DNA from: Promethearchaeota archaeon
Lineage (GTDB): Archaea > Asgardarchaeota > Lokiarchaeia > Sigyniarchaeales > SOKP01
Direction: 5' to 3'
Length of the DNA: 64,000 nucleotides
Assembly: GCA_048937405.1 (NCBI GenBank)
Contig: JBHLNF010000005.1
Coordinates: 1-64,000 of the forward strand
Positions 10,658 through 20,622 of this stretch are shown here, piece by piece. How positions within the stretch are numbered: the first letter of the stretch is position 1; every line of letters begins with the position of its first letter. Below the pieces are notes generated by a model that did not search any database, was not told where the DNA came from, and was given only the letters and a program-made list of their open reading frames with translations. The position numbers were made by a program, and so were the translations under genes.

Positions 10658-12157
10658 TTATAACGATACATATACCCAATCATCGTTATAATGCCCAAAT
10701 AAAGCTTTTGCTTGAAGATTAGTTAAATCCCAGCAGGTTATTGAAGCACCAATTGGACCATTCAGATCATCATAATAATCATAGTTAGGAGGATGTAAAT
10801 AATCAATTAATTCCGCTCCAACTTCTAGATCTATAGCACCATAAACATCTAATGCTTCATTTGTCAACCAAGAGTATCTATCTTTAGAATCAGCAATAGC
10901 AGTAGAATCTGCCCAACTATTCATATTATAGTAGAGATAATGATTTGTACAAGTAACTAAATCATCCTTATTTTCTATTTGTTGGTATCCGAAAGCATAC
11001 CAAGGTAGTCTATAATCCAAATTTCTTTCTTTACAATAATGTTCAGAAGTTTCTAGCATAACTCCTCCTTTTTCTCCGTTTCTACCATCTCCAATTGTAT
11101 AAAGCCAAGAGCATCCTCTCTCGTTATTTTTAATAAAATTTACTGCTTCACTTAATTGACTTGTATATTGTGCAATATATCTCACGGTTAGTAGGGTTCC
11201 TAATCCAAAATTAGCCGGATCGCAATCACATGCAGGTACCATATCTTGACTGATGGCTATTCCTTGATCATTCATCATCGCTGTACCTCCTACAAATCCC
11301 GGACATGATGTACTTATAAAACGATTTCCAGAATTAGGTACATATTCCATTATCAACATTTCTTCATGTAATACATAACTTGTGAATTGCCAATGATGCC
11401 CCATGATGGTTTGTCCACATGTAGTAGCATCTTCTTGTGCGATGAATCCACTACATGAAAGAAAACTAAAAAGTTCCATCAAAGGTAACAAAGGTTCGAT
11501 AACTGGATAAGATAACGCTAATAATGCATCCATACCCATATTTAAAATGAGAACCTCTTCATATGTAACTGGATATCCTGCATCAGTACTTCCATCTGCG
11601 ACTCCTTGAATCTCTTCTAAAAATTCTTGAGGAACATATTGAGTGTTAATTTCGACTAAAATTGAGCAAAGATCTAATAATTTCCCGAGTAATACATCTA
11701 CACTATTATACCATTTTGCTGATAATTGGTAAAGAGTTAAATGATCAACAACATCTCCAACTACATCTACTAAGCGATCATAATTCATGATTTCCAATAA
11801 TAAAATATACATTATCAAGTCATCTGCATCAACTAAATCTGTCATAACATGAGTAAACCAATCTTCATCAACAAGTCGAACTACGCTAGATGCTCCTAAG
11901 TATCCCTGTTGATATCCTATTTCATAAGGAGTCCCCTCTAAGTGCATTAGATATTTACCAGGAATTATTTATTGTTTATAACCTTTTCCGTCAGGAGAGT
12001 AGATAGCTGATAGTTTAGGGGATAAACCCAATCTTGTTTTGTTAGAATTATCAATATTTTGAGTGTTTACTTGAGCTATCCCAAATATACTCAAAATAAT
12101 GAATAAAAATAGAACAAAACTTGTTAAATATCTCTTTTTTAAAGTCTTATTAGACAT
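10658..12157 (-). pseudogene. Secreted C45-family / Ntn-hydrolase (acyltransferase or acid-ceramidase-like) interrupted by one in-frame TAA at 11969-11971
   Basis: ORF 11969..12157 (signal peptide) and ORF 10658..11947 share a frame: ...GKGYKQ*IIPGKYLMHLEGTPYEIGYQQG; motifs EEIQGVADG, nucleophile CSGF, MNDQGIAI, TNHY. Confidence 0.8.
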
Positions 12158-12731
12158 AATTCTCTACAGTTTTTGTATTTTAATCTTACTTCTACCGTAT
12201 GTAGGATTTCATATATATTTTGGAGTAAAAGAATTTATCCAACTTTATTATATATAATTTATATTTTAAACTACAAATTATTTAAAAATTACTAAAATTT
12301 TCAATCATTTTAGGGATTTTAATAGGTCTAAATAGCAGATCAATTGTTACTATTCTTTTAATTTACCGTTGTTTTATCGTCAATTATTTGTTTGTTCAAT
12401 TAAGACAGAATTGTAAAAAATCCAACATTTCTCCAATATTATTCAAAGAACATATTCCTATCCTTTAGAATAGAAGGGAAAATTCAAGCCCTTGATACTA
12501 GCTCCGTTTAAATCTATTATATAAAAATTGATTTTATTGAAAAATGGATAGATTGAGGAAATTCTTAGGTTTCATATTATTTGAAATTTATAAAAAAGTA
12601 TAAAAGCCAGAAAAGATATATATTAATCAAGATATAGAAATTAATTCTTTTTTAAGAAACTTTGAGCTAGATTTCATTATCAATTTGACACTATAAATAA
12701 ATAGAACAAAATATCTTATCTGATCTAAAAC

Positions 12732-13793
12732 ATGAATGAAAATAAGGAAAATAGTCATCTTTTCGATGAGAAATTACATGAATATGAAGAAGAACTTATA
12801 AAAATCATTTTAAATATTAGTAAGAGCAAAAGAGTTACCCCTAAAGTAGCAACGATCGCTTGTTATTTATTTATTCATGAGAAATTAACTCAGAAAGAGT
12901 TAAAAGAACTGACAGGATTTTCAATGGGTACAATATCGACATACTTATCGGTTATGGCTGGTACAGGATATTTTATAAAAAAACGTATTAATGGGACTCA
13001 TACATTTGAGTACTCTTTTTCTGGTGAGCTTGATGTCCTTACAACAGAAGCAATTGATTTTGCAATAAAGAATATAGGGTTATTGGAAAAATTCTTAATA
13101 CATAAAAAACAAGAATTACAGAAGTTAGTTAAACAATCTAAAAAAGGAGCAACACATCTTTCATTAAGAATTGAAGAATTGCTTAACAGTTTTCAAATCT
13201 ATAAAAGAATTTTTGATTCTGATGAGATTCTGGTGGAAAAAAGTAAAAAAAAATATTCTTCAAAATCATTTGAGAAGTTAAAAAATGATAAGATGGACAT
13301 TTTAGAGATGGAATTTGATTCTGAAGTTTATTTAATTGAAGATGATATTATCAACGAACTTGTAGGTTCACCAATGTTTTCTACTCGAGATCCTATGTTT
13401 ATAAAAATTTTGGGGTACTTTATGACAAGGAAATATCTCACTCAGGAAACCCTGAAGGCCGCTACTGGATTATCAGTAGGAAAAATATCTGAAGAAGTAA
13501 ATAACCTCTTAGAGAATGAACTAGTTCATAAGGCACATACTTCAGAAAAAGGTAAAATTACATATTGTGCTGATTCATTAATTTTAATTAGATTTGTAAG
13601 GCATATTATTTTTAAAATGACAAAATGGGTAAAAAGTTTAGAAAAGAAAAAATTAGATTTAGAAGAAAATAAATCTAAATTAGAAAATGTGAATGGATAT
13701 ACTCAGCTTTATAAAATTTATAATTATGTCTTAGGTGCAATATCAGAGTATAGTAAATTCATTAAAAGAATAGAAGAGTTAGTTGATTTATAA
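12732..13793 (+). CDS. Transcription regulator with two tandem GbsR/MarR-like winged-HTH units
   Basis: Internal duplication: LTQKELKELTGFSMGTISTYL and LTQETLKAATGLSVGKISEEV, each followed by a long helical segment. Confidence 0.75.
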   Translation: MNENKENSHLFDEKLHEYEEELIKIILNISKSKRVTPKVATIACYLFIHEKLTQKELKELTGFSMGTISTYLSVMAGTGYFIKKRINGTHTFEYSFSGELDVLTTEAIDFAIKNIGLLEKFLIHKKQELQKLVKQSKKGATHLSLRIEELLNSFQIYKRIFDSDEILVEKSKKKYSSKSFEKLKNDKMDILEMEFDSEVYLIEDDIINELVGSPMFSTRDPMFIKILGYFMTRKYLTQETLKAATGLSVGKISEEVNNLLENELVHKAHTSEKGKITYCADSLILIRFVRHIIFKMTKWVKSLEKKKLDLEENKSKLENVNGYTQLYKIYNYVLGAISEYSKFIKRIEELVDL

Positions 13794-13817
13794 CATACAC
13801 TTATTTTATATCAATTT

Positions 13818-14726
13818 TTACATACGAAGTAAATTTTTTCTTGGTAAATTCTGGATTTTAGGGTCATTAATATATGCATCTAAAGTTTTAAGGAACATTT
13901 CTCTATCTTCTTTAATATTTGCTGATTCAATGGCACAATAATTGGATATATGGTCGTTAAAGACTTGAGAAGTAACATTTTCACCTAAATTGGCTATTAT
14001 ATCCCTCTCTTCTTTCAAATTTTCTACGGGACTTAATAATTTTAACTGTCCAGACTTCCATTCATCCCATAGAGGAGTGCCTTGTAAAATATTTAAAGTT
14101 CGGAATCTAAAAATCGTAGGATTTATTTCAGTTAACACTCTAGCAGTCTCTTTTACATGTTCTTCTGAATATTCATAACTTCCTAATCCCAAAATAATAT
14201 ATAATGATAACTTAATCCCTGCATTTAAAGCTTTCTTCCCTGCTTTTATAATTGATTCCGCATTAGTCCCTTTTTTCATAATTCTTAATATAGTATTTGA
14301 ACCACTTTCTAATCCCATATAGACAATGTTTAATCCAGCATTTGCCAATGATTTTAATTCTTCATCCGTCTTTCTTAAAATATCCAAGGCTTTAGCATAA
14401 CAACTGATTCTAGGAACATTTTTCAGTTTTAATCTTACGTATTTAATAATTTCAACTAAATAATCAGTTGGAGCAGATGAAGGATTACCCCCTGCTAAAA
14501 ATACCGGAAATCCGTGATAATTACTGTCAGCAAATTTATCTATATCTTTTTTAACATCTTCTAAAGATCGTATAGAATAATCTTGAATAACCCCATAAAC
14601 TCCTTTATATGTTCCACAAAATCTACACTTGTTCCATGAGCATCCACCTGTCACTGGTATTAAAACGGAATAGGCTTCTACTGGAGGTCTAATTACTATT
14701 TGATCAGCGGGTATTTTAATAGTCAT
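13818..14726 (-). CDS. Radical SAM protein of unknown function
   Basis: RPPVEA, GCSWNKCRFC cluster motif, YMGLESG, NDHISNY. Confidence 0.9.
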   Translation of the reverse strand: MTIKIPADQIVIRPPVEAYSVLIPVTGGCSWNKCRFCGTYKGVYGVIQDYSIRSLEDVKKDIDKFADSNYHGFPVFLAGGNPSSAPTDYLVEIIKYVRLKLKNVPRISCYAKALDILRKTDEELKSLANAGLNIVYMGLESGSNTILRIMKKGTNAESIIKAGKKALNAGIKLSLYIILGLGSYEYSEEHVKETARVLTEINPTIFRFRTLNILQGTPLWDEWKSGQLKLLSPVENLKEERDIIANLGENVTSQVFNDHISNYCAIESANIKEDREMFLKTLDAYINDPKIQNLPRKNLLRM

Positions 14727-14993
14727 AAAAATTCATGAAAATTAATTATTGAATAATTTATCCAATCCTACTTACTATTATATTAAAGGAAAAGAAATTT
14801 TTAGATGTTATTATTATAAAAAAACAGTATTAAATTACATGAAATCTAATACTATTAAAAAGGTTAAATACTTAAAGGTATTCAGGCAAAATATTTAAAC
14901 TTCTTACAATTTTCTCATTTAATTCAGTTCAACTAATAGTTCTTTAATAATAATCATAATAAGGAATTACTTTCTAAATGAGAATGAAAATCA

Positions 14994-15590
14994 ATGAGTT
15001 ATATTCAGAAAGAGGTTTTATATAACTTTAAAACAGTAATATGTGGAGCTAGTTCAGTTGGTAAAACTAGTTTATTTAATCGTTATTGCTTCAATTCATT
15101 TAATTTTGATACATCACCTACTATTGGAATTAATTTTCATTCGGTTTATCTAAAAGTTAATTTAACAGAAAAACCAGATACATTAAAAGAAAATTATATT
15201 GTAAATTCAATCTTTGACTTTGGAGGTCAAGAAAGATTTGCACCATTAATCCCGAAATTTATAGAAGGTGCTAATGGAGCATTATTAGTATTTGATTCTG
15301 TTAACTATAACTCATTTTATCAATTAGAGTTTTGGTATCATACTATAGTTAAAAATGCCGTTAATAAAGGAATTCCTATAATTCTTGTAGGAAGCAAAAG
15401 TGATTTAATAAATAAATCCTCTAAATCTGAAATAGTAAGTGATGAATTAATTTTTGAATTTTTAAAAAACAAAAATCTAAATGGATTTTATAGAACATCT
15501 GCTTTAAAAAATTATAATGTTTTAGAAGTTTTTAAAAATTTAAATAATCTCATGTTAAGAAAAGGTCATATTTCCTGTGTTGTTGTATAA
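14994..15590 (+). CDS. Rab/Ras-like small GTPase with C-terminal CaaX-like motif (CVVV)
   Basis: G1 GASSVGKTS, G2 PTIG, G3 DFGGQERF, GANGALLVFD, G4 SKSD, G5 TSAL; DNA ends TGT GTT GTT GTA TAA. Confidence 0.92.
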   Translation: MSYIQKEVLYNFKTVICGASSVGKTSLFNRYCFNSFNFDTSPTIGINFHSVYLKVNLTEKPDTLKENYIVNSIFDFGGQERFAPLIPKFIEGANGALLVFDSVNYNSFYQLEFWYHTIVKNAVNKGIPIILVGSKSDLINKSSKSEIVSDELIFEFLKNKNLNGFYRTSALKNYNVLEVFKNLNNLMLRKGHISCVVV

Positions 15591-15611
15591 AAAATGAGAT
15601 ATTTACATTTT

Positions 15612-16685
15612 CTAAAATTCTCTTAAATGAACAAAATCAGAGAATATATTAAAAAACACCTTCTGTGCTTTATTTAGATCGGGGTATATATTTTTTAAGT
15701 GACTTCTCGCTTGTTCACCCAAATTCTTTGCTAGGTGTTCTGCAATCATTAAAGCATTTGTTTTTGTAAATATATCTTTAACTTCTTCAACATCTCTCTT
15801 TGTTAAACTACTTTTATGATATATCTCATTTAATCTTTTAGATTGATCTTCATCCGTATTCTGTACAGCTAAAATGTACATTATTTTTTTCTGTTTACCT
15901 TTGATATCAGGTTCTAAGTCAAGGATATCATCTCGGATAGAATGGGCTTGACCAATGTTTAACATAGCGTCACTTAACGGTTTAATTTGATAATGAAGAT
16001 TTCCTTTTGCTAAAATTGCTCCAATTTTAGTAGATTTTTCAAACATTCTAGCTTTTTGACACTCTGCTATATTTAAATATTGCTCTAAAGTCATTGTAAT
16101 ATTATTATAATTCAAATACTCTTCTATCAATTGTCCTTTCATTAAATAATCCATCGCTTCTGTATATTCATTAATAGCTAATAATTTTAGTTTTTCTGGA
16201 AATTTTGAGGATTTTATTATATTCAAACCCAATAAATATCCCTGCGTTCCTCCCAAAATACTCATATCTCGTCCATACAAATTAATTAGTTCACTTTTAT
16301 TTGGTAAGTCCATATCCTTATATACTTGATTTATTTCATTCTTTAATTGAATATGAAAAGTAGGATTACCTCTTCTTTCAATATCATCATCAAAAAGATC
16401 ATCATGAATCAAATGTCCAGAATGTAGTAATTCAACTGCTATTGATACTTCTCGAATTTGTTCAATTTGATCTTCTAAATACATAGGATTCACAATACCA
16501 GCAAAAGCAGCATTTAATAATACAGGATGAATTCTTTTCGCTTTTTCACTTAAGATAAATTCTTCTAATTGAGCTATAAAATCTTTCAGAAGGATATCTT
16601 TTTCAGTTTTATACAATTGAGCAAAATATTTCTTTAATTCATTATTTATAATTATAATTTGATTTTTAAAGAAATCTTCAATCAT
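15612..16685 (-). CDS. Trans-polyprenyl diphosphate synthase family protein
   Basis: AKRIHP, FARM LIHDDLFDDDIERRG, KGQ, SARM IRDDILD. Confidence 0.9.
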   Translation of the reverse strand: MIEDFFKNQIIIINNELKKYFAQLYKTEKDILLKDFIAQLEEFILSEKAKRIHPVLLNAAFAGIVNPMYLEDQIEQIREVSIAVELLHSGHLIHDDLFDDDIERRGNPTFHIQLKNEINQVYKDMDLPNKSELINLYGRDMSILGGTQGYLLGLNIIKSSKFPEKLKLLAINEYTEAMDYLMKGQLIEEYLNYNNITMTLEQYLNIAECQKARMFEKSTKIGAILAKGNLHYQIKPLSDAMLNIGQAHSIRDDILDLEPDIKGKQKKIMYILAVQNTDEDQSKRLNEIYHKSSLTKRDVEEVKDIFTKTNALMIAEHLAKNLGEQARSHLKNIYPDLNKAQKVFFNIFSDFVHLREF

Positions 16686-16787
16686 TTCTAATTCACATAA
16701 AGTCTATTATTAATATAAAACATATAATAATTTAATTTAATTATATCTAAAATCTTTTGATTTTAGACTGATAGGAGAATAAAAAAA

Positions 16788-17300
16788 ATGAGAATTGCTG
16801 TAATGAGTGATACTCATGATCATATGAATCACATAAAAAAATCTGTTTCAATTATAAATGAAAGAAATGTTGATGCTCTTATACATTGTGGGGATTATGT
16901 AGCGCCATTTGTAAAACGTCCATTTGATGAATTAAAGGTTTCTATAAAAAAGAATTTTTATGGTGTGTTTGGCAATAATGATGGAGATAAATTACTTTTA
17001 AAGCAGAACCTTGGTCAGATTTGTGAATTCCCTCAAAATGGTCATGAACTGATTTTAGAATTAGAAGGTAAAAAAATTTTTGTATCTCATATGCCTAGAG
17101 AAAAGACAATAAAAGCATTAGCAAATTCTGGTAATTTTGATATAATTTTATCGGGGCATACACATTCATTATCCAATATTAAATTGGATAATGGTATATT
17201 AATGGTTAATCCTGGGGAACTCTGTGGTTATTTAACGGGTAATGCAACTTTTGCTATTTTAGACACAGAAAAAATGGAATCTGAAATAATTAATTTATAG
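16788..17300 (+). CDS. YfcE/MJ0936-family metallophosphoesterase
   Basis: SDTHD, HCGD, GNND, SH, GHTH, NPG. Confidence 0.9.
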   Translation: MRIAVMSDTHDHMNHIKKSVSIINERNVDALIHCGDYVAPFVKRPFDELKVSIKKNFYGVFGNNDGDKLLLKQNLGQICEFPQNGHELILELEGKKIFVSHMPREKTIKALANSGNFDIILSGHTHSLSNIKLDNGILMVNPGELCGYLTGNATFAILDTEKMESEIINL

Positions 17301-17674
17301 ATTTTAATTTTTTTTTTTCTATTTATATATTAATTTTATTATATGATTATTATTAGTAGGAGTTCCAATATTTTTTTATCTTGAAGTAATCATATCATTT
17401 TTCAATGTTTTTTCTTGGATGATAGTAATATTTTTTTCAGTTAATCTTGGTTTTAAATAACCAACCACCCACTTTTTTTATTATATATGAAGTTTTTGAG
17501 TTCATTTTAACTATTATTTTTTTGTTTTCCACATATTAAATTTAAAGGAGTTTAGGAAAAAGTAAAAGATTAAAGGAAAGAATGAACAAGAAATTAAATT
17601 ACTGTATTAATATATCTATAAACGTTGTCATTCATTTCATAAATAGTTTTATTATATCTAATGTTTTAAGTACT

Positions 17675-18889
17675 ATGTCATTACCTTTAGAAGGGAAAAT
17701 CATATTAGATCTAACAAGAATGCTCCCTGGACCATATTGTTCTATGATTCTCTCTGATCTCGGGGCAGAGGTTATAAAAGTGGAAGAACCATTTTATCCT
17801 TATGGGCACCCACCACCATTTTTTCAAAAAGGGAGGTATCGTGAAAGTGCATTTAATTCAATCCTTAATAGAAACAAAAAAGCAATTACACTTAATCTAA
17901 AAAAAGAAAAAGCTAGAGAGATTTTTTATAAATTGGTGAAAAAAGCGGATGTTGTTATTGAGAGTTTTCGCCCTAAAATTACTAAAAAGTTAAAAATTGA
18001 TTATGAAACTCTAAACTCAATAAATCCTTCAATAATTTATTGTTCATTAACAGGTTATGGTCAATATGGCCCTTATGAACAAATAGCTGGTCATGATCTC
18101 AATTATATAGGAATATGCGGAATATTGGATTTAAATAAAGAAAGGGTAACACATGGAGATTCGTCTAAAGAAAAAACACCAATTCCTCCTGGTATTCAAG
18201 CTGCGGATATCGGTGGAGGATTAGTATCAGTAATTGGAATATTAGGGGCTATTTTAGAAAGAGAAAACAATCCTGAAAAGGCTGGACAATATATTGATAT
18301 ATCTATGACTGATTGTGTATTTTCTTTTATGCCATATATAGCCTCGTTTCATTTTTCTAAAGATTTAAATGATGGTATTAAAATAAATAATCCCTTACAT
18401 GGAGATTTTCCGTGTTATAATGTATATAAAACTAAAGATAATAAATTTGTATCCGTTGGTGTTGTTGAAGTAAAATTCTGGCAAGAGTTCTGCAAAGGTC
18501 TTGGTCGTAATGATTTAATATTAAAACAATTTGCTAAAGGAGTAGACAGAGAAAAAGTTTTTAATATTATACAAGAGGAATTTTTAAAAAAAACTCAAAA
18601 AGAATGGTTCAATATTTTCAAAGATCTTGATGCATGTGTTATGCCTATAAACACATTTGCAGAAGCTTGTGAAGATCCTCAAATTGAAGCACGTAAAATG
18701 ATTGTTGAAATGAATCATCCTAAATTTGGTAAAATTCAGAACATAGCTTCACCTATTAAATATTCAAGAACTCCGCTGATAATAAAAAATGTAGCTCCTA
18801 ATCTTGGTCAGCATACATTGGAAATTCTTAAAAATCTTAGATATTCTGAAGAAGATATTCGTAGCTTTAGAAAAAGAGGGATTATTTAG
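17675..18889 (+). CDS. CaiB/BaiF family (class III) CoA-transferase
   Basis: Likely start MSLPLEGKIILDLTRMLPGP at 17675, not 17582; LSDLGAEVIKVE, NRNKK, SFRP, GYGQYGP, AGHDLNY, APNLGQHT. Confidence 0.92.
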   Translation: MSLPLEGKIILDLTRMLPGPYCSMILSDLGAEVIKVEEPFYPYGHPPPFFQKGRYRESAFNSILNRNKKAITLNLKKEKAREIFYKLVKKADVVIESFRPKITKKLKIDYETLNSINPSIIYCSLTGYGQYGPYEQIAGHDLNYIGICGILDLNKERVTHGDSSKEKTPIPPGIQAADIGGGLVSVIGILGAILERENNPEKAGQYIDISMTDCVFSFMPYIASFHFSKDLNDGIKINNPLHGDFPCYNVYKTKDNKFVSVGVVEVKFWQEFCKGLGRNDLILKQFAKGVDREKVFNIIQEEFLKKTQKEWFNIFKDLDACVMPINTFAEACEDPQIEARKMIVEMNHPKFGKIQNIASPIKYSRTPLIIKNVAPNLGQHTLEILKNLRYSEEDIRSFRKRGII

Positions 18890-18895
18890 ATTTTA

Positions 18896-19318
18896 TTATA
18901 GTACTTGATATTCAATTAGAACGATTAATATTGCTATAAGAAGAGAAATAAATGTAAAGACTATTAATGTAATAAACATCGGCCAATCTTTTAATTGTCC
19001 ATAAAATCCTGCTGCATTTATTGTAGAATAAATTGCCATTCCAACTGCAATGAAAAATATTGCAGTACCCCAAGATTGTTCTGTTAAATAACCAATTCCT
19101 CCGATTATAAGCATAATAGATGTTAAAAATTCAGCAACTAAATGAAAAAATATTTGTGTTGGCTTAGTTTTAAGTTCTGGTACTTCTCTTTTTATTAATA
19201 AGAAGAACCACATGCATAGCATTGTAATTCCTATTAAAATTATATATATTGAAGCAATTAATTCAATTATTATTTTACTCACCATCCTACATTTGATTGA
19301 ATCAAATGTATTAAGCAT
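18896..19318 (-). CDS. Small four-TM membrane protein
   Basis: Four hydrophobic stretches, FHLVAEFLT motif; real start probably the second Met (MVSKII). Confidence 0.7.
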   Translation of the reverse strand: MLNTFDSIKCRMVSKIIIELIASIYIILIGITMLCMWFFLLIKREVPELKTKPTQIFFHLVAEFLTSIMLIIGGIGYLTEQSWGTAIFFIAVGMAIYSTINAAGFYGQLKDWPMFITLIVFTFISLLIAILIVLIEYQVL

Positions 19319-19543
19319 AAAATTTACTTAAATTTTCTGTAAATACTTTAATATAATTATAGTTAGAAAAAAATATCATTTTCATAAGATCTAATACAAT
19401 TTCAAAAATCGAATAATTTCTTATTAACACATAATTCAGATTAATAAGATAAAGTATTAAACGTTATATATAATCTTTAAATGATAAATTAAAAATTAAT
19501 GATCAATATTAAAGAAAAAAAGAAGATTTGAAACTTAAATTTC

Positions 19544-20044
19544 ATGTCTGTAGACCTTAAATTATATGAAGAAATTAAAAAATCAGGAATTGATTTAATT
19601 CTTTCTCTTCCATGTATTTTATTGAAAGGATTATTAATATTAATTGATGAAAAAGAAGAAATTCAGCATATTCCTTTAACTCGCGAAGAAGAAGGTATAG
19701 GTATTGCCGCGGGTGCATATTTAGGAGGAAAAATACCAGTGCTTTTAATGCAAAACTCTGGTTTGGGTAATTCAGTAAATGCTATAAAATCTTTATTGGA
19801 ATTATATAGGATTCCTATAATATTTATTATTAGTCATAGAGGGTCTGAGGGTGAAAAGATTTCAGCTCAAATTCCTATGGGGCAACTCACTCCTAATTTA
19901 TTAGATTTATTAAATATTAAAAGATTTATTGTTGATTCAATAGAAACTATCAGAGAAATAAAAATAGCTATAAATTTCAGTATAAAGTCAAAATCTTCAG
20001 TGGCGATTTTGTTAAAAAGATCCTTATGGAATGATAAAAAATGA
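19544..20044 (+). CDS. comD: Sulfopyruvate decarboxylase-like subunit alpha
   Basis: SLPC, LTREEEGIGIAAGAYLGG, MQNSGLGN, SHRG, QIPMG; ATGA overlap with the beta subunit. Confidence 0.85.
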   Translation: MSVDLKLYEEIKKSGIDLILSLPCILLKGLLILIDEKEEIQHIPLTREEEGIGIAAGAYLGGKIPVLLMQNSGLGNSVNAIKSLLELYRIPIIFIISHRGSEGEKISAQIPMGQLTPNLLDLLNIKRFIVDSIETIREIKIAINFSIKSKSSVAILLKRSLWNDKK

Positions 20045-20598
20045 AAAGATATGATGTAATAAAAAAGATAATTGAGTTCGCAAGTAATGAGATTATTGTA
20101 TGCAACCTTGGCGCACCTTCAAGAGAATTATACAATATTAAAGATAGAGATGAAAATTTTTATATGCTTGGCTCAATGGGTTTAGTTTCTTCTATATCTT
20201 TTGGATTAGCCATTTCAAAACCAAATAAGAAGATTATTTGTATTGATGGAGATGGATCTTTATTGATGAATTTGGGTAGTTTAAGTACAATAGCAAATAA
20301 TAATCCACAAAATCTAACAATCATAGTCATTGATAACTCGTCATATGGTTCAACAGGGAATCAAAAAACTTATACAAGTTATAGGACAAATCTGGAGGTT
20401 ATAGCTAAGGGGGCAGGATTTGAATCTATTATTGTTATAAAGGAATTAGAAGAAATTATACCAAATTTGAATAATTTAGGGATGGGATGTCATTTTGTAC
20501 TAATTAAAGTTGAACCTGGAAATGCTCAAGTAAAAAATATCCCTTTAAAACCTGAAGATATCAAGATACGCTTTATGAAAGTGATTTCTAGGGCGTAA
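20041..20598 (+). CDS. comE: Sulfopyruvate decarboxylase-like subunit beta (ThDP-binding)
   Basis: NLGAPSREL, FYMLGSMG, GDGSLLMN, DNSSYGSTGNQ. Confidence 0.85.
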   Translation: MKRYDVIKKIIEFASNEIIVCNLGAPSRELYNIKDRDENFYMLGSMGLVSSISFGLAISKPNKKIICIDGDGSLLMNLGSLSTIANNNPQNLTIIVIDNSSYGSTGNQKTYTSYRTNLEVIAKGAGFESIIVIKELEEIIPNLNNLGMGCHFVLIKVEPGNAQVKNIPLKPEDIKIRFMKVISRA

Positions 20599-20622
20599 TA
20601 AGATTTATTTTGATTATCATTG

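Noticed and set aside
11969-11971. Selenocysteine or pyrrolysine recoding of the internal stop
   Set aside because: The codon is TAA, not TGA or TAG, and it lies outside the catalytic site.
12300-12560. Possible gene remnant in the hydrolase-regulator intergenic region
   Set aside because: Multiple stops and no recognisable family; not supportable.
17582-17674. 31-aa N-terminal extension of the CoA-transferase
   Set aside because: The family-typical start MSLPLEG is at 17675; the upstream part looks like non-coding or remnant sequence.
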